28,656 nt of DNA from Candidatus Scatoplasma merdavium (GTDB taxonomy: Bacteria > Bacillota_I > Bacilli_A > RFN20 > CAG-288), in NCBI GenBank assembly GCA_017694135.1, contig JADING010000051.1, positions 1-28,656 on the forward strand, written 5' to 3'. This document shows, piece after piece, positions 1 through 7,616 of this stretch (positions are counted from its first letter, which is position 1; the number at the start of each line of letters is the position of its first letter). The position numbers were made by a program, and so were the translations under genes. The notes below the pieces were generated by a model that was not told the origin of the DNA, searched no databases, and saw nothing but the letters and a program-made list of their open reading frames with translations.

Positions 1-2
1 CG

Positions 3-824
3 AGAGAAGTTTATAATGCTAATGAATCTAAAATGAGTTTTAATCCTTTAGAATTAGCTAAAAAAAGCAACGATTTTAAATTAAGTGTAGATGAATTATA
101 TAAGTTAATTGTTAAAGGAATGTATCCAGAACTTTACGATAACCAAAATTTAGATTTAAATATGTTTTATTCAAATTACGTTACTACCTATATAGAAAGA
201 GATGTATCTCAATTAATTAATCTTAAAGATAAACTTAAATTTCAAAATTTTTTAGAAATTTTAGCTTCTTTAACTGGTCAAGAATTAGTCTATGATACTT
301 TAGCTAAAGCTCTTGGAGTTAAAGTTGATACAATTAAATCTTGGATCAGCGTTTTACTAGCTGGGGATATAATTTATCTTCTTGAACCATATAATGAATT
401 ATCAATTGTTAAAAGAATAGTTAAAAGGCCAAAAATCTATTTTTCCGATACTGGATTAGCTTGTTATTTAGCTAAACTAAATAATGAAAATGTCTTAAGA
501 AATTCAATATTTAACGGGAGATTTATCGAAACTTATATTGTTAATGAGATTAGAAAATCGTTTTTGAATAACGGAATCAAAGATAATTTTTATTACTATC
601 GAGATAAAAATCAAAATGAAATTGATTTAATTATCTTAGAAAATGGAATCTTGCATTGTATTGAATGTAAATCGGGAGTTAGCTTTACTAAAGAAGATGT
701 TAAAAGCTTTTCTAAATTAAAAGATTCAAATTATCAAATTGGTTATTCTTATTTAATTTGTAATACTGAAACGATTTATAAACTTGACGATAAAGTGTTT
801 TGTATTCCAATTTCCTCAATATGA
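3..824 (+). CDS. AAA+ ATP-binding protein with DUF4143-type C-terminal domain (5'-truncated)
   Basis: Frame is open from position 3 (REVYNANESK precedes the track's Met at 33), so the N-terminus/Walker A lies outside the window. Family-typical motifs: GMYPE, YVTTYIERDV, KRPKIYFSDTGL, GRFIETYIVNE and YYYRDKNQNEIDLI...IECKS (PD-(D/E)XK-like end). Confidence 0.8.
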   Translation, partial: REVYNANESKMSFNPLELAKKSNDFKLSVDELYKLIVKGMYPELYDNQNLDLNMFYSNYVTTYIERDVSQLINLKDKLKFQNFLEILASLTGQELVYDTLAKALGVKVDTIKSWISVLLAGDIIYLLEPYNELSIVKRIVKRPKIYFSDTGLACYLAKLNNENVLRNSIFNGRFIETYIVNEIRKSFLNNGIKDNFYYYRDKNQNEIDLIILENGILHCIECKSGVSFTKEDVKSFSKLKDSNYQIGYSYLICNTETIYKLDDKVFCIPISSI

Positions 825-896
825 GTTTTATAAATTATCTTTTTAAAAGATCAGCAAAGGGAGTTAACTTCCAACTGTGTTCTAATAAGGAATTAT

Positions 897-939
897 TCAA
901 CTACTTGTAATTAAATACATATACTTTAACACCAATATC
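897..939 (+). repeat. Dispersed 43-bp direct repeat, copy 1 (partner at 28381-28423)
   Basis: tcaactacttgtaattaaatacatatactttaacaccaatatc versus tcaactgcttataattaaatacttatactttaatatcaatatc: 38/43 identical, no gaps. Confidence 0.85.
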
Positions 940-969
940 CATAGTGGGCACAAATTGGTATTTTTTGAT

Positions 970-1000
970 AAAAAAACCTACAATGCTAGAGCATTATAGG
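970..1000 (-). terminator. Intrinsic terminator of tRNA-Ser
   Basis: Minus strand cctataatgc-tcta-gcattgtagg (10-bp stem with one G-U) followed by T7, 15 nt downstream of the tRNA. Confidence 0.85.
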
Positions 1001-1015
1001 CGGTTTTCTTAAATA

Positions 1016-1102
1016 CGGAGCAAGAGAGATTCGAACTCTCGCACAGGATAACCTGTCTAAATCCTTAGCAGGGACTCCCCTTAACCACTTGGGTATTGCT
1101 CC
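1016..1102 (-). tRNA. tRNA-Ser(GCT), CCA not encoded
   Basis: Reverse complement folds as a cloverleaf: acceptor GGAGCAA/TTGCTCC, D-arm with GG, anticodon loop CT-GCT-AA, long variable arm acagg-ttat-cctgt, T-arm GAGAG-TTCGAAT-CTCTC, discriminator G. Confidence 0.98.
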
Positions 1103-1121
1103 AGTCGCATGACGCCTCTTT

Positions 1122-1150
1122 ATTATCGTTTATCGCTTTTAGGTTGTCAA
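1122..1150 (-). promoter_or_regulatory. SigA-type promoter of tRNA-Ser
   Basis: Minus strand TTGACA (1150-1145), 17-nt spacer, GATAAT (1127-1122). Confidence 0.8.
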
Positions 1151-1176
1151 TTAAAAATATTGGTAGATTGTTTGTC

Positions 1177-1205
1177 TAGTCTACGTGACTTTTCTATTTT
1201 ATAAT
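1177..1205 (+). promoter_or_regulatory. Putative SigA promoter for the RDD pair (probably leaderless mRNA)
   Basis: TAGTCT (1177-1182), 17 nt, perfect TATAAT (1200-1205); ATG 8 nt later with no Shine-Dalgarno. Confidence 0.55.
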
Positions 1206-1213
1206 ATATTGAA

Positions 1214-2356
1214 ATGGCAGAAGGAAACGTTGAAAAAAAGAATGTTGAATATGTATCAATAACAGCACTAAGTAAGGGCAGAAGGATGCTAGTTATGCTA
1301 GGCGATATCTTTTTGACTTTTATGCTGGCGGTTTTTCTTTTTAATTTAGTTATCTTTCCGATTTTTCAGGCTGTCAGTGGATTTGAGAGTAAATATTCTG
1401 CACAGGAAAATTACGAGCGTGATAGGTATGATATTCTTTATGACAATGAAATATTGTTTTATGATTTAGATTCTACTGCAGATAAATACGATATTAATGA
1501 GAGTCTTACTTACACTGGTAAAGGATTTATAAGATATTACACATTTAAAAATGAAAGCGATAAAAAATACGAGGTATTTTATCGTTATTACACTCAAGTT
1601 TCACATAGCGTTAGTGATTCTAATTACTGGAGCGAAGTTTTTGAAAGAATGGGAAATGAGGATGTAAATAAGTTTTTTTCTGCTTCTCTTGATTCGGTTA
1701 GTTTAAAAGAAGAATACATTGAGGAGTTTAAGACGATTTTTGATGAGCAGGATGAACCTTCTAGCCAAGCGGTTCAAGATTACAACGATGTATTTAATTC
1801 AGTTTTTCTAGGGCTGTATGCGATGATGATTGACGATATTAAAATCCACGATATTTCTAGTCCAAATTACGAATTGTCATACAATGAAATGCAAGAAGAA
1901 CTTTCAAAGTTGTCATCTTATTCGGACAGTTTAGTTTATCTTTGCGCTTATGGATCTTTCGCTATTTCGTTCTTGATTTTAGAAGTTTTATATCCTTTTT
2001 TGAATAAGAAAGGGCGGACTTTAACAATGAGGATAATGAAAGCTGAAACAGTTAGCATTGATAATTACGAACATCCGCGAAAACTAAAACTGGTTTTAGT
2101 AAGCTTTTACAGACTTATTGAATCTTTGTGCTTAATTATGTTTGTTCCTTTGCCAATGGTATCTATCGGTTACGTGTTTGCTTTACCTCAATTGAGCTTT
2201 TTAACGATAGTTAGTTTAATGTATGTTTTAATCTTTGTTTTTTTCACCATATTCAATTCATTTAATCGTTCTATTTCGGACTATTTGTCGAGAACAGTTG
2301 TGCTGACAGAAGAATCTTTAAATGAGGTTTATAGAGCTAAAGGATATCAGTTATGA
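1214..2356 (+). CDS. RDD family membrane protein with large extracytoplasmic loop
   Basis: RRMLVMLGDIFL (R..D motif plus TM1), ~190-aa polar loop, GRTLTMRIMK, further TMs, terminal SISDYLSRTVV motif. Confidence 0.7.
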   Translation: MAEGNVEKKNVEYVSITALSKGRRMLVMLGDIFLTFMLAVFLFNLVIFPIFQAVSGFESKYSAQENYERDRYDILYDNEILFYDLDSTADKYDINESLTYTGKGFIRYYTFKNESDKKYEVFYRYYTQVSHSVSDSNYWSEVFERMGNEDVNKFFSASLDSVSLKEEYIEEFKTIFDEQDEPSSQAVQDYNDVFNSVFLGLYAMMIDDIKIHDISSPNYELSYNEMQEELSKLSSYSDSLVYLCAYGSFAISFLILEVLYPFLNKKGRTLTMRIMKAETVSIDNYEHPRKLKLVLVSFYRLIESLCLIMFVPLPMVSIGYVFALPQLSFLTIVSLMYVLIFVFFTIFNSFNRSISDYLSRTVVLTEESLNEVYRAKGYQL

Positions 2357-3432
2357 GTATTGAAGATGAAAAAGTTGAGGTTGTTTCTGGGCAATTAACT
2401 CCTATTGAAAAACATGTAGAAACACCAGTAAAAAAGATAGAAATTCACTATGTTAGAGCACTGTTCCACAGAAGAGTGTTAGCTAACTTAATTGACTTTC
2501 TTTTGTTTATCGTAGCTTTCTTATCTCTATTTATGCTAGTTAGATATATTGTAACTTCTACGCCGGAATACAAAGTTAAAGAAGACGAGTTATCGCGTTT
2601 GAGATTAGATAGTTCTTTATATGTTGAAGTAAACGAGGAACAACAGGATATAGTCACTTATTTAAATTCCCAAGATATTGCTGCTAGCGAAAAATATAAC
2701 CGCGGTTATTCCACTATTGAAGAATTTATTTCTTTTGCTTATTTAAAAGGAGGAAATGAATTAGGAGATGAAATATTAGAAAACTTTCAAAATTGCATGT
2801 TGGATGAAAATATGACCTTTGAGGGGCAACAGATGTATATTTCAGATCTTGCTTCATCTTTAGGGATAAAGCGAAACCCCGATTGCAAAGCAAACTATCA
2901 AGAATATTATAATAGAGCAATCTCTCCTTACATTGATGAACAGTGCCAAGGCTATTTGGTAAGTTCTATCCCGGGATATTTTGAAAATACTAAATATATT
3001 TCTAATATGTTAATTTTTGTTGAGCTTCCTATTAGTTATTGTATAGGGGGAATTTTAATATACCTTATTCCAACTTTGATTTTCAGAAGAGGGAGAAAGA
3101 CTATAGGGAAAGCTATTTACAAAATTGGATTGGTTGATTCAACCACACTTTTAAATCCGAAATTTTCTAAGTCTCTAGCTCGGTTTGCGATATTTTTCTT
3201 CGCTGAGCTTTTATTAGCGCCTTTTACTTTGTGTATTCCTTTTATTATTTCTGTTTCTCTAATGGGATTTTCTAAAAAGAGACAAGGTTTTCCAGATTAT
3301 TTGTTGAATTTGCAAGAGGTTGATAACTCTAGAGAAAAGATATATTTCTCTAAGAATGAAATTATTGTTGAATCGATGAATTCTAATAAAAAACCTGTCG
3401 ATTTTGAACCTATAAGTAGATTAGATAAATAA
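2353..3432 (+). CDS. RDD family membrane protein with large extracytoplasmic loop (paralog)
   Basis: RRVLANLIDFLL, long loop, GRKTIGKAIYKIGLV, terminal GFPDYLLNLQEV; ATGA overlap with the upstream gene. Confidence 0.75.
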   Translation: MSIEDEKVEVVSGQLTPIEKHVETPVKKIEIHYVRALFHRRVLANLIDFLLFIVAFLSLFMLVRYIVTSTPEYKVKEDELSRLRLDSSLYVEVNEEQQDIVTYLNSQDIAASEKYNRGYSTIEEFISFAYLKGGNELGDEILENFQNCMLDENMTFEGQQMYISDLASSLGIKRNPDCKANYQEYYNRAISPYIDEQCQGYLVSSIPGYFENTKYISNMLIFVELPISYCIGGILIYLIPTLIFRRGRKTIGKAIYKIGLVDSTTLLNPKFSKSLARFAIFFFAELLLAPFTLCIPFIISVSLMGFSKKRQGFPDYLLNLQEVDNSREKIYFSKNEIIVESMNSNKKPVDFEPISRLDK

Positions 3433-3550
3433 AGCGACTAATTGCATATTATTATAGATGTATATTAATAAGGATTTATAGATTGAGCTGTTTGACTGTG
3501 TTTTGTTATATTCTTGTAAAATCTGCGTCAAAACAGGTAAATATCAGGCT

Positions 3551-3571
3551 AATTTTACTGATTGTAAAATT
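3551..3571. promoter_or_regulatory. Candidate operator, perfect inverted repeat AATTTTAC-N5-GTAAAATT
   Basis: 8-bp perfect dyad ending 6 nt upstream of the -35 box at 3578. Confidence 0.45.
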
Positions 3572-3577
3572 GTATCG

Positions 3578-3606
3578 TTGTAAAGCTCGTTTGTTTTTCT
3601 TATAAT
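3578..3606 (+). promoter_or_regulatory. SigA-type promoter of the nuclease/ABC operon
   Basis: TTGTAA (3578-3583), 17 nt, TATAAT (3601-3606), followed by an AGGAGG RBS before ATG 3655. Confidence 0.75.
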
Positions 3607-3654
3607 AAATCTGAAATCGAAGTAGCTTTTTATTAGGAGGGCCCACTCGACAAC

Positions 3655-5673
3655 ATGATTCTTAAACGTATTACGGGTGCATTGGTGTTAGCGCTGGGAG
3701 TATTTTCTCTTGGTGTTTCTAACTCACCCTCTTCTCTTTATGATGCTCCAATTCACAATGCCAAGAACGCGTTGGCAACCTCAACTGATAGTGAAGAAAT
3801 CGGCGTTGAATACGATGGCGCCGGTTTTAACGAATCGGAGACTATTCCTTTAGGGGAACAGATGTTAGTGTCTATTACATCATCCACATACACCGATACC
3901 ACTCAATCTTATACATTTAGATTCTCATCGCAGTTTAATACTTATTACACCAGATATCGCGATTTGAATTTCACAATTAATGATCCGACATTTGATGTTA
4001 ACGCGGATTATTCTACCGGTTTACCTGATTCAGAGCTTCCTCATTTTGATGCTTATGTTTATTCAATTAAACCCCGTACATCTGGTTCTAATAGAGGGCA
4101 TGTTATTATTCCTAGTCAAGTTGTCAGAAAAGGCTTTTATGTTTTAGATATTGTTGGCATCATGTCTGATGCTGTTATTGAGGATCAGGCAGAAGGCATA
4201 GAGGCCATTGATATTCCTTCTAGCGTAGTTAGTGTTTATGATAACGCTTTAACTAATTTGCCAGAAACATGTGAAATTAATGTTGCTTATGCTGAAGATA
4301 ATTTACCCGAAGGGTATTCAGAATTTTGGACTGATAGTTCCAATGTCAACTATGGCGTTGAATTAGAAGAAACTAGTTATAACGTTTCTGGAACTTCTTC
4401 TATCGGTACTGGAGAAAACTTCATTTACGGGTTTTTAGGAAATGAACAGACTGGAATTGAACAGCTTCCACTTCGTGTTACTTACGATGTAGTACATGCT
4501 GATGGGTCTGTTGAAACTAAACATTTCTATCCTGAAATTGAACATTCCCAGGGCAATAGATATGAAGGATGCGGAAGTTCAATTGCCAGTTCTTCTGCTA
4601 CAAAGTTTGTCGATATTCCGCTTGCGAAAGGCGATTCTATCGATGATGAATCTATAGTTTTATCTAATATTTATAAAGCTGAAAGAAGCGAGATATCTCA
4701 GCGTTATGAACCGTTGGTATCAGATGGCCAATTTTCCGTTCACCCTTCGATTAGTTACAAAGAGAAATATTCTGTAGATTACTTCTTAAATATGGAATAT
4801 GATTCTACGAAGTCTTTCGGTGGCTACACTTACGTTTCTACTAAGATTGATCAGCAACCTGACATATATCAAGAGTTGAACTATTCTACTTACTCTTCTT
4901 ATAAAGACAGACTTGAAAGTAATTCTAACTATCAAATTCGCTATCGTTTTACGCAAATAGCAACAGGTAATTATAAAGTTAGTTATTTATCTAACAACGA
5001 AATTAAAACTGTTGAAATTTCTACTGAGTCTCCTGTCGCTTATTTCCAAATTAAAAAAGGAAATGACAATCTCGTTACATTTGAATTTAAAAACGAATGG
5101 GTTGGAGATGATTTTGATCCGAAGAATCTCGTCAGTTTCTCCTTAGAAGGCATGAGCATTACTCTCGATATCTTCAATAAATCAACTAACGCTATCATTA
5201 CTAAATCTAATGTTTCCACTAGATTTGGTTCCATTCCTATTTATGAACAGAGTTTTGATTTGAACTTCTTATCAGTCAATTCTATGTACATCTTTATTTT
5301 TGTAGGTTATGTCGCTTTGTTTGCTGCTGTTACTGCGGCTAACTTCTTCTACAAGAAGAACAAATATAAAAACGATGAGTTTAAGCGTGTTAATCCACGT
5401 TCGTTCTTCATTAATGCTGGTGTAGCTTTGGTAGGTGTAGGTACAATTTTGTTATCTATTCTAACCATTGTCTCACGTGCTACTTTCTTGAATAACTCAG
5501 TTGTTACTTATAACCCTATCGATGTAGTTGTCATTGTTTCCTCTATCTTCGCCGTTCTTTTCCTCGGCTATTACATTCGTTACTTTGTTACAGAATTTAA
5601 AGCTTATAGAGAAAAGAAGAAAGTTGAAGCGTTAAAACTCAATGAAGATAAAGCTGATGATGGTACTAATTAA
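3655..5673 (+). CDS. Large extracytoplasmic protein with signal peptide, BspA/LRR_5-like segment and three C-terminal TMs; function unknown
   Basis: Basic-hydrophobic N-terminus without lipobox Cys; GHVIIPSQV...IEAIDIPSSVVSVYDNAL resembles a BspA-type repeat start; three hydrophobic helices near the C-terminus followed by a charged tail. Confidence 0.6.
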   Translation: MILKRITGALVLALGVFSLGVSNSPSSLYDAPIHNAKNALATSTDSEEIGVEYDGAGFNESETIPLGEQMLVSITSSTYTDTTQSYTFRFSSQFNTYYTRYRDLNFTINDPTFDVNADYSTGLPDSELPHFDAYVYSIKPRTSGSNRGHVIIPSQVVRKGFYVLDIVGIMSDAVIEDQAEGIEAIDIPSSVVSVYDNALTNLPETCEINVAYAEDNLPEGYSEFWTDSSNVNYGVELEETSYNVSGTSSIGTGENFIYGFLGNEQTGIEQLPLRVTYDVVHADGSVETKHFYPEIEHSQGNRYEGCGSSIASSSATKFVDIPLAKGDSIDDESIVLSNIYKAERSEISQRYEPLVSDGQFSVHPSISYKEKYSVDYFLNMEYDSTKSFGGYTYVSTKIDQQPDIYQELNYSTYSSYKDRLESNSNYQIRYRFTQIATGNYKVSYLSNNEIKTVEISTESPVAYFQIKKGNDNLVTFEFKNEWVGDDFDPKNLVSFSLEGMSITLDIFNKSTNAIITKSNVSTRFGSIPIYEQSFDLNFLSVNSMYIFIFVGYVALFAAVTAANFFYKKNKYKNDEFKRVNPRSFFINAGVALVGVGTILLSILTIVSRATFLNNSVVTYNPIDVVVIVSSIFAVLFLGYYIRYFVTEFKAYREKKKVEALKLNEDKADDGTN

Positions 5674-5694
5674 AGAATAAAGGAGCGAACACAT

Positions 5695-7608
5695 ATGGAA
5701 ATTCGTATTAAGGAACTGACTAAAATCTTCCCGGGTGATGCTAAAAAGCACATTCGTGACACCGTGGCTGTCAAGGACTTAGACTTTGAAGTCCCCGATG
5801 GCAAACTTGTCGGTTTATTAGGGCCTTCTGGTTGTGGTAAATCTACAACCCTTTATATGATTTCTGGTCTGCAAGTTCCGACCAGCGGTGAAGTTTGGTT
5901 CGGTGATCAGGAAGTTACTAATTTGGCTCCGGAAAAACGCGGTATCGGTTTGGTTTTCCAAAACTACGCTTTGTATCCGCATATGAGCATTTATAAAAAT
6001 ATTGAATTTCCTCTTACTAATTTGAAAGTTGAAGTTCCTTTAGTCACTTTCTATGATTTCCATTTGGTATACACTTACACATTAAAGAAAGATGATATTG
6101 TTGATGGTATCGTTAAGTCCATTGCTTCTTTGGTTAAGAGAATCGGCTTGAAAAAGAAAGCTTGTATGGTTACTACAAGCACACAAGCCGGAGTTTTAAC
6201 TATAGACATTAAACTTCACGATATTTCAGAAGCGAGCGAAGATCTCTTTAAAGAAAATATGCCTTTGATTATTGAGGCAACCCTTATTAGCGAAGAAAAG
6301 ATTCAAACTTCAGAAGCTAAATACGACGCTTCGTTCCGCGCCACTATCAATGTTAAATCTGATGAAGATGTTCTTGATTTGCTATTTAAAGGCCGTTTAA
6401 CTCGCGACTTTGTAACTGACAAAATCGATGAAACCATTAACGCTTTAAAAACCGCTTTAAAACCTTATGGTAATTCTGAAGGCGTCATTATTACTCGTTT
6501 GCCGACCGGCGAATATGAAGCCATGGTTCGTGCTGTTAATGTAAAATCTACCAATTATGAAAAGTTAGTTGGAGATCTTAACAAAGCCGCTTTCTTTTCT
6601 ACGAGCACTTGCTCGATTGTTAAAGTTAAGAACCACCATTTGGTTCAGCGCTTTAGAAAGATGTTCCTCAAGAGAAAAATTCACGGTTCTGATTTAAAGC
6701 TTTATTACGCTAATAATCAATCTAAGGTTTTCTTCACTGTTACAAAGATTACTAAACCTGAGAGTGAAGAAATGAAAAACATTTTTGAGAATGAATTCCA
6801 GCTTACTGATATTGAGATGGAACTTAAACAGGCTATTACTCACCGTAAACTTACTAAAGAAGAAAGAAGAGATATCGTTATGGATACCGCAAAGTTGGTT
6901 CAAGTTGACGAATATTTGCAGCGTAAACCTTCTCAACTTTCAGGTGGTCAACAACAGCGTGTTGCTATTGCCCGTGCTTTAGTTAAAAAACCTAAGGTTC
7001 TTCTTTTAGACGAACCTCTTTCTAACTTGGATGCTCGTTTGAGATTGCAGACTCGTGAAGAAATCCGCCGCATTCAGCAGGAAACAGGTATTACTACTGT
7101 TTTCGTTACTCACGACCAGGAAGAAGCTATGTCGATTTCTGATCAAATTGTCGTTATGAAATTAGGTGAAATGCAGCAAATCGATTCACCGCAGAACGTT
7201 TATAACAATCCGGCGAACCTCTTCGTTGCCCAGTTCTTAGGAACCCCTCCTATTAACGTTTTTGATGGGTATATTAAAGATAAAAAGATTTATATTGGCG
7301 ATGATATTATTGCGGAAGTTAAAAAGGACATCCCTGATCAACAGCTTAAGATTGCTATTCGTCCAGAAGGTTTCCAAATTGAATCTGATAGAAACAAATA
7401 CGGTTTAACTTGCGAGGTTGAACAGCTTCAGATTCTCGGCCGCGATATTTCTATTATTGCTCGTAACCCTCAATGCACTAAACCTACCTTTAAGTTCATC
7501 ATTTCTGCGGAGGATGAAACCACTGCTAAGAAACTTAAACTTAAAGTTAAACCTAATAAAATGTTCATATTTGATGTCGTTACTGAAAAGCGCATCTACA
7601 CCGAATAG
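5695..7608 (+). CDS. CUT1-family (MalK/UgpC-like) ABC ATPase with ~273-aa insertion
   Basis: Walker [10 protein letters not shown]-loop [11 protein letters not shown], signature [10 protein letters not shown], Walker B/D-loop [12 protein letters not shown]-loop VTHDQEEAM. Residues ~111-383 are inserted between NIEFPL and RKLTKEE. Confidence 0.95.
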   Translation: MEIRIKELTKIFPGDAKKHIRDTVAVKDLDFEVPDGKLVGLLGPSGCGKSTTLYMISGLQVPTSGEVWFGDQEVTNLAPEKRGIGLVFQNYALYPHMSIYKNIEFPLTNLKVEVPLVTFYDFHLVYTYTLKKDDIVDGIVKSIASLVKRIGLKKKACMVTTSTQAGVLTIDIKLHDISEASEDLFKENMPLIIEATLISEEKIQTSEAKYDASFRATINVKSDEDVLDLLFKGRLTRDFVTDKIDETINALKTALKPYGNSEGVIITRLPTGEYEAMVRAVNVKSTNYEKLVGDLNKAAFFSTSTCSIVKVKNHHLVQRFRKMFLKRKIHGSDLKLYYANNQSKVFFTVTKITKPESEEMKNIFENEFQLTDIEMELKQAITHRKLTKEERRDIVMDTAKLVQVDEYLQRKPSQLSGGQQQRVAIARALVKKPKVLLLDEPLSNLDARLRLQTREEIRRIQQETGITTVFVTHDQEEAMSISDQIVVMKLGEMQQIDSPQNVYNNPANLFVAQFLGTPPINVFDGYIKDKKIYIGDDIIAEVKKDIPDQQLKIAIRPEGFQIESDRNKYGLTCEVEQLQILGRDISIIARNPQCTKPTFKFIISAEDETTAKKLKLKVKPNKMFIFDVVTEKRIYTE

Positions 7609-7616
7609 GAGTCAGT

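Noticed and set aside
3579-3592. CcpA cre site overlapping the operon -35 box
   Set aside because: TGTAAAGCTCGTTT lacks the central CG and terminal CA of the cre consensus.
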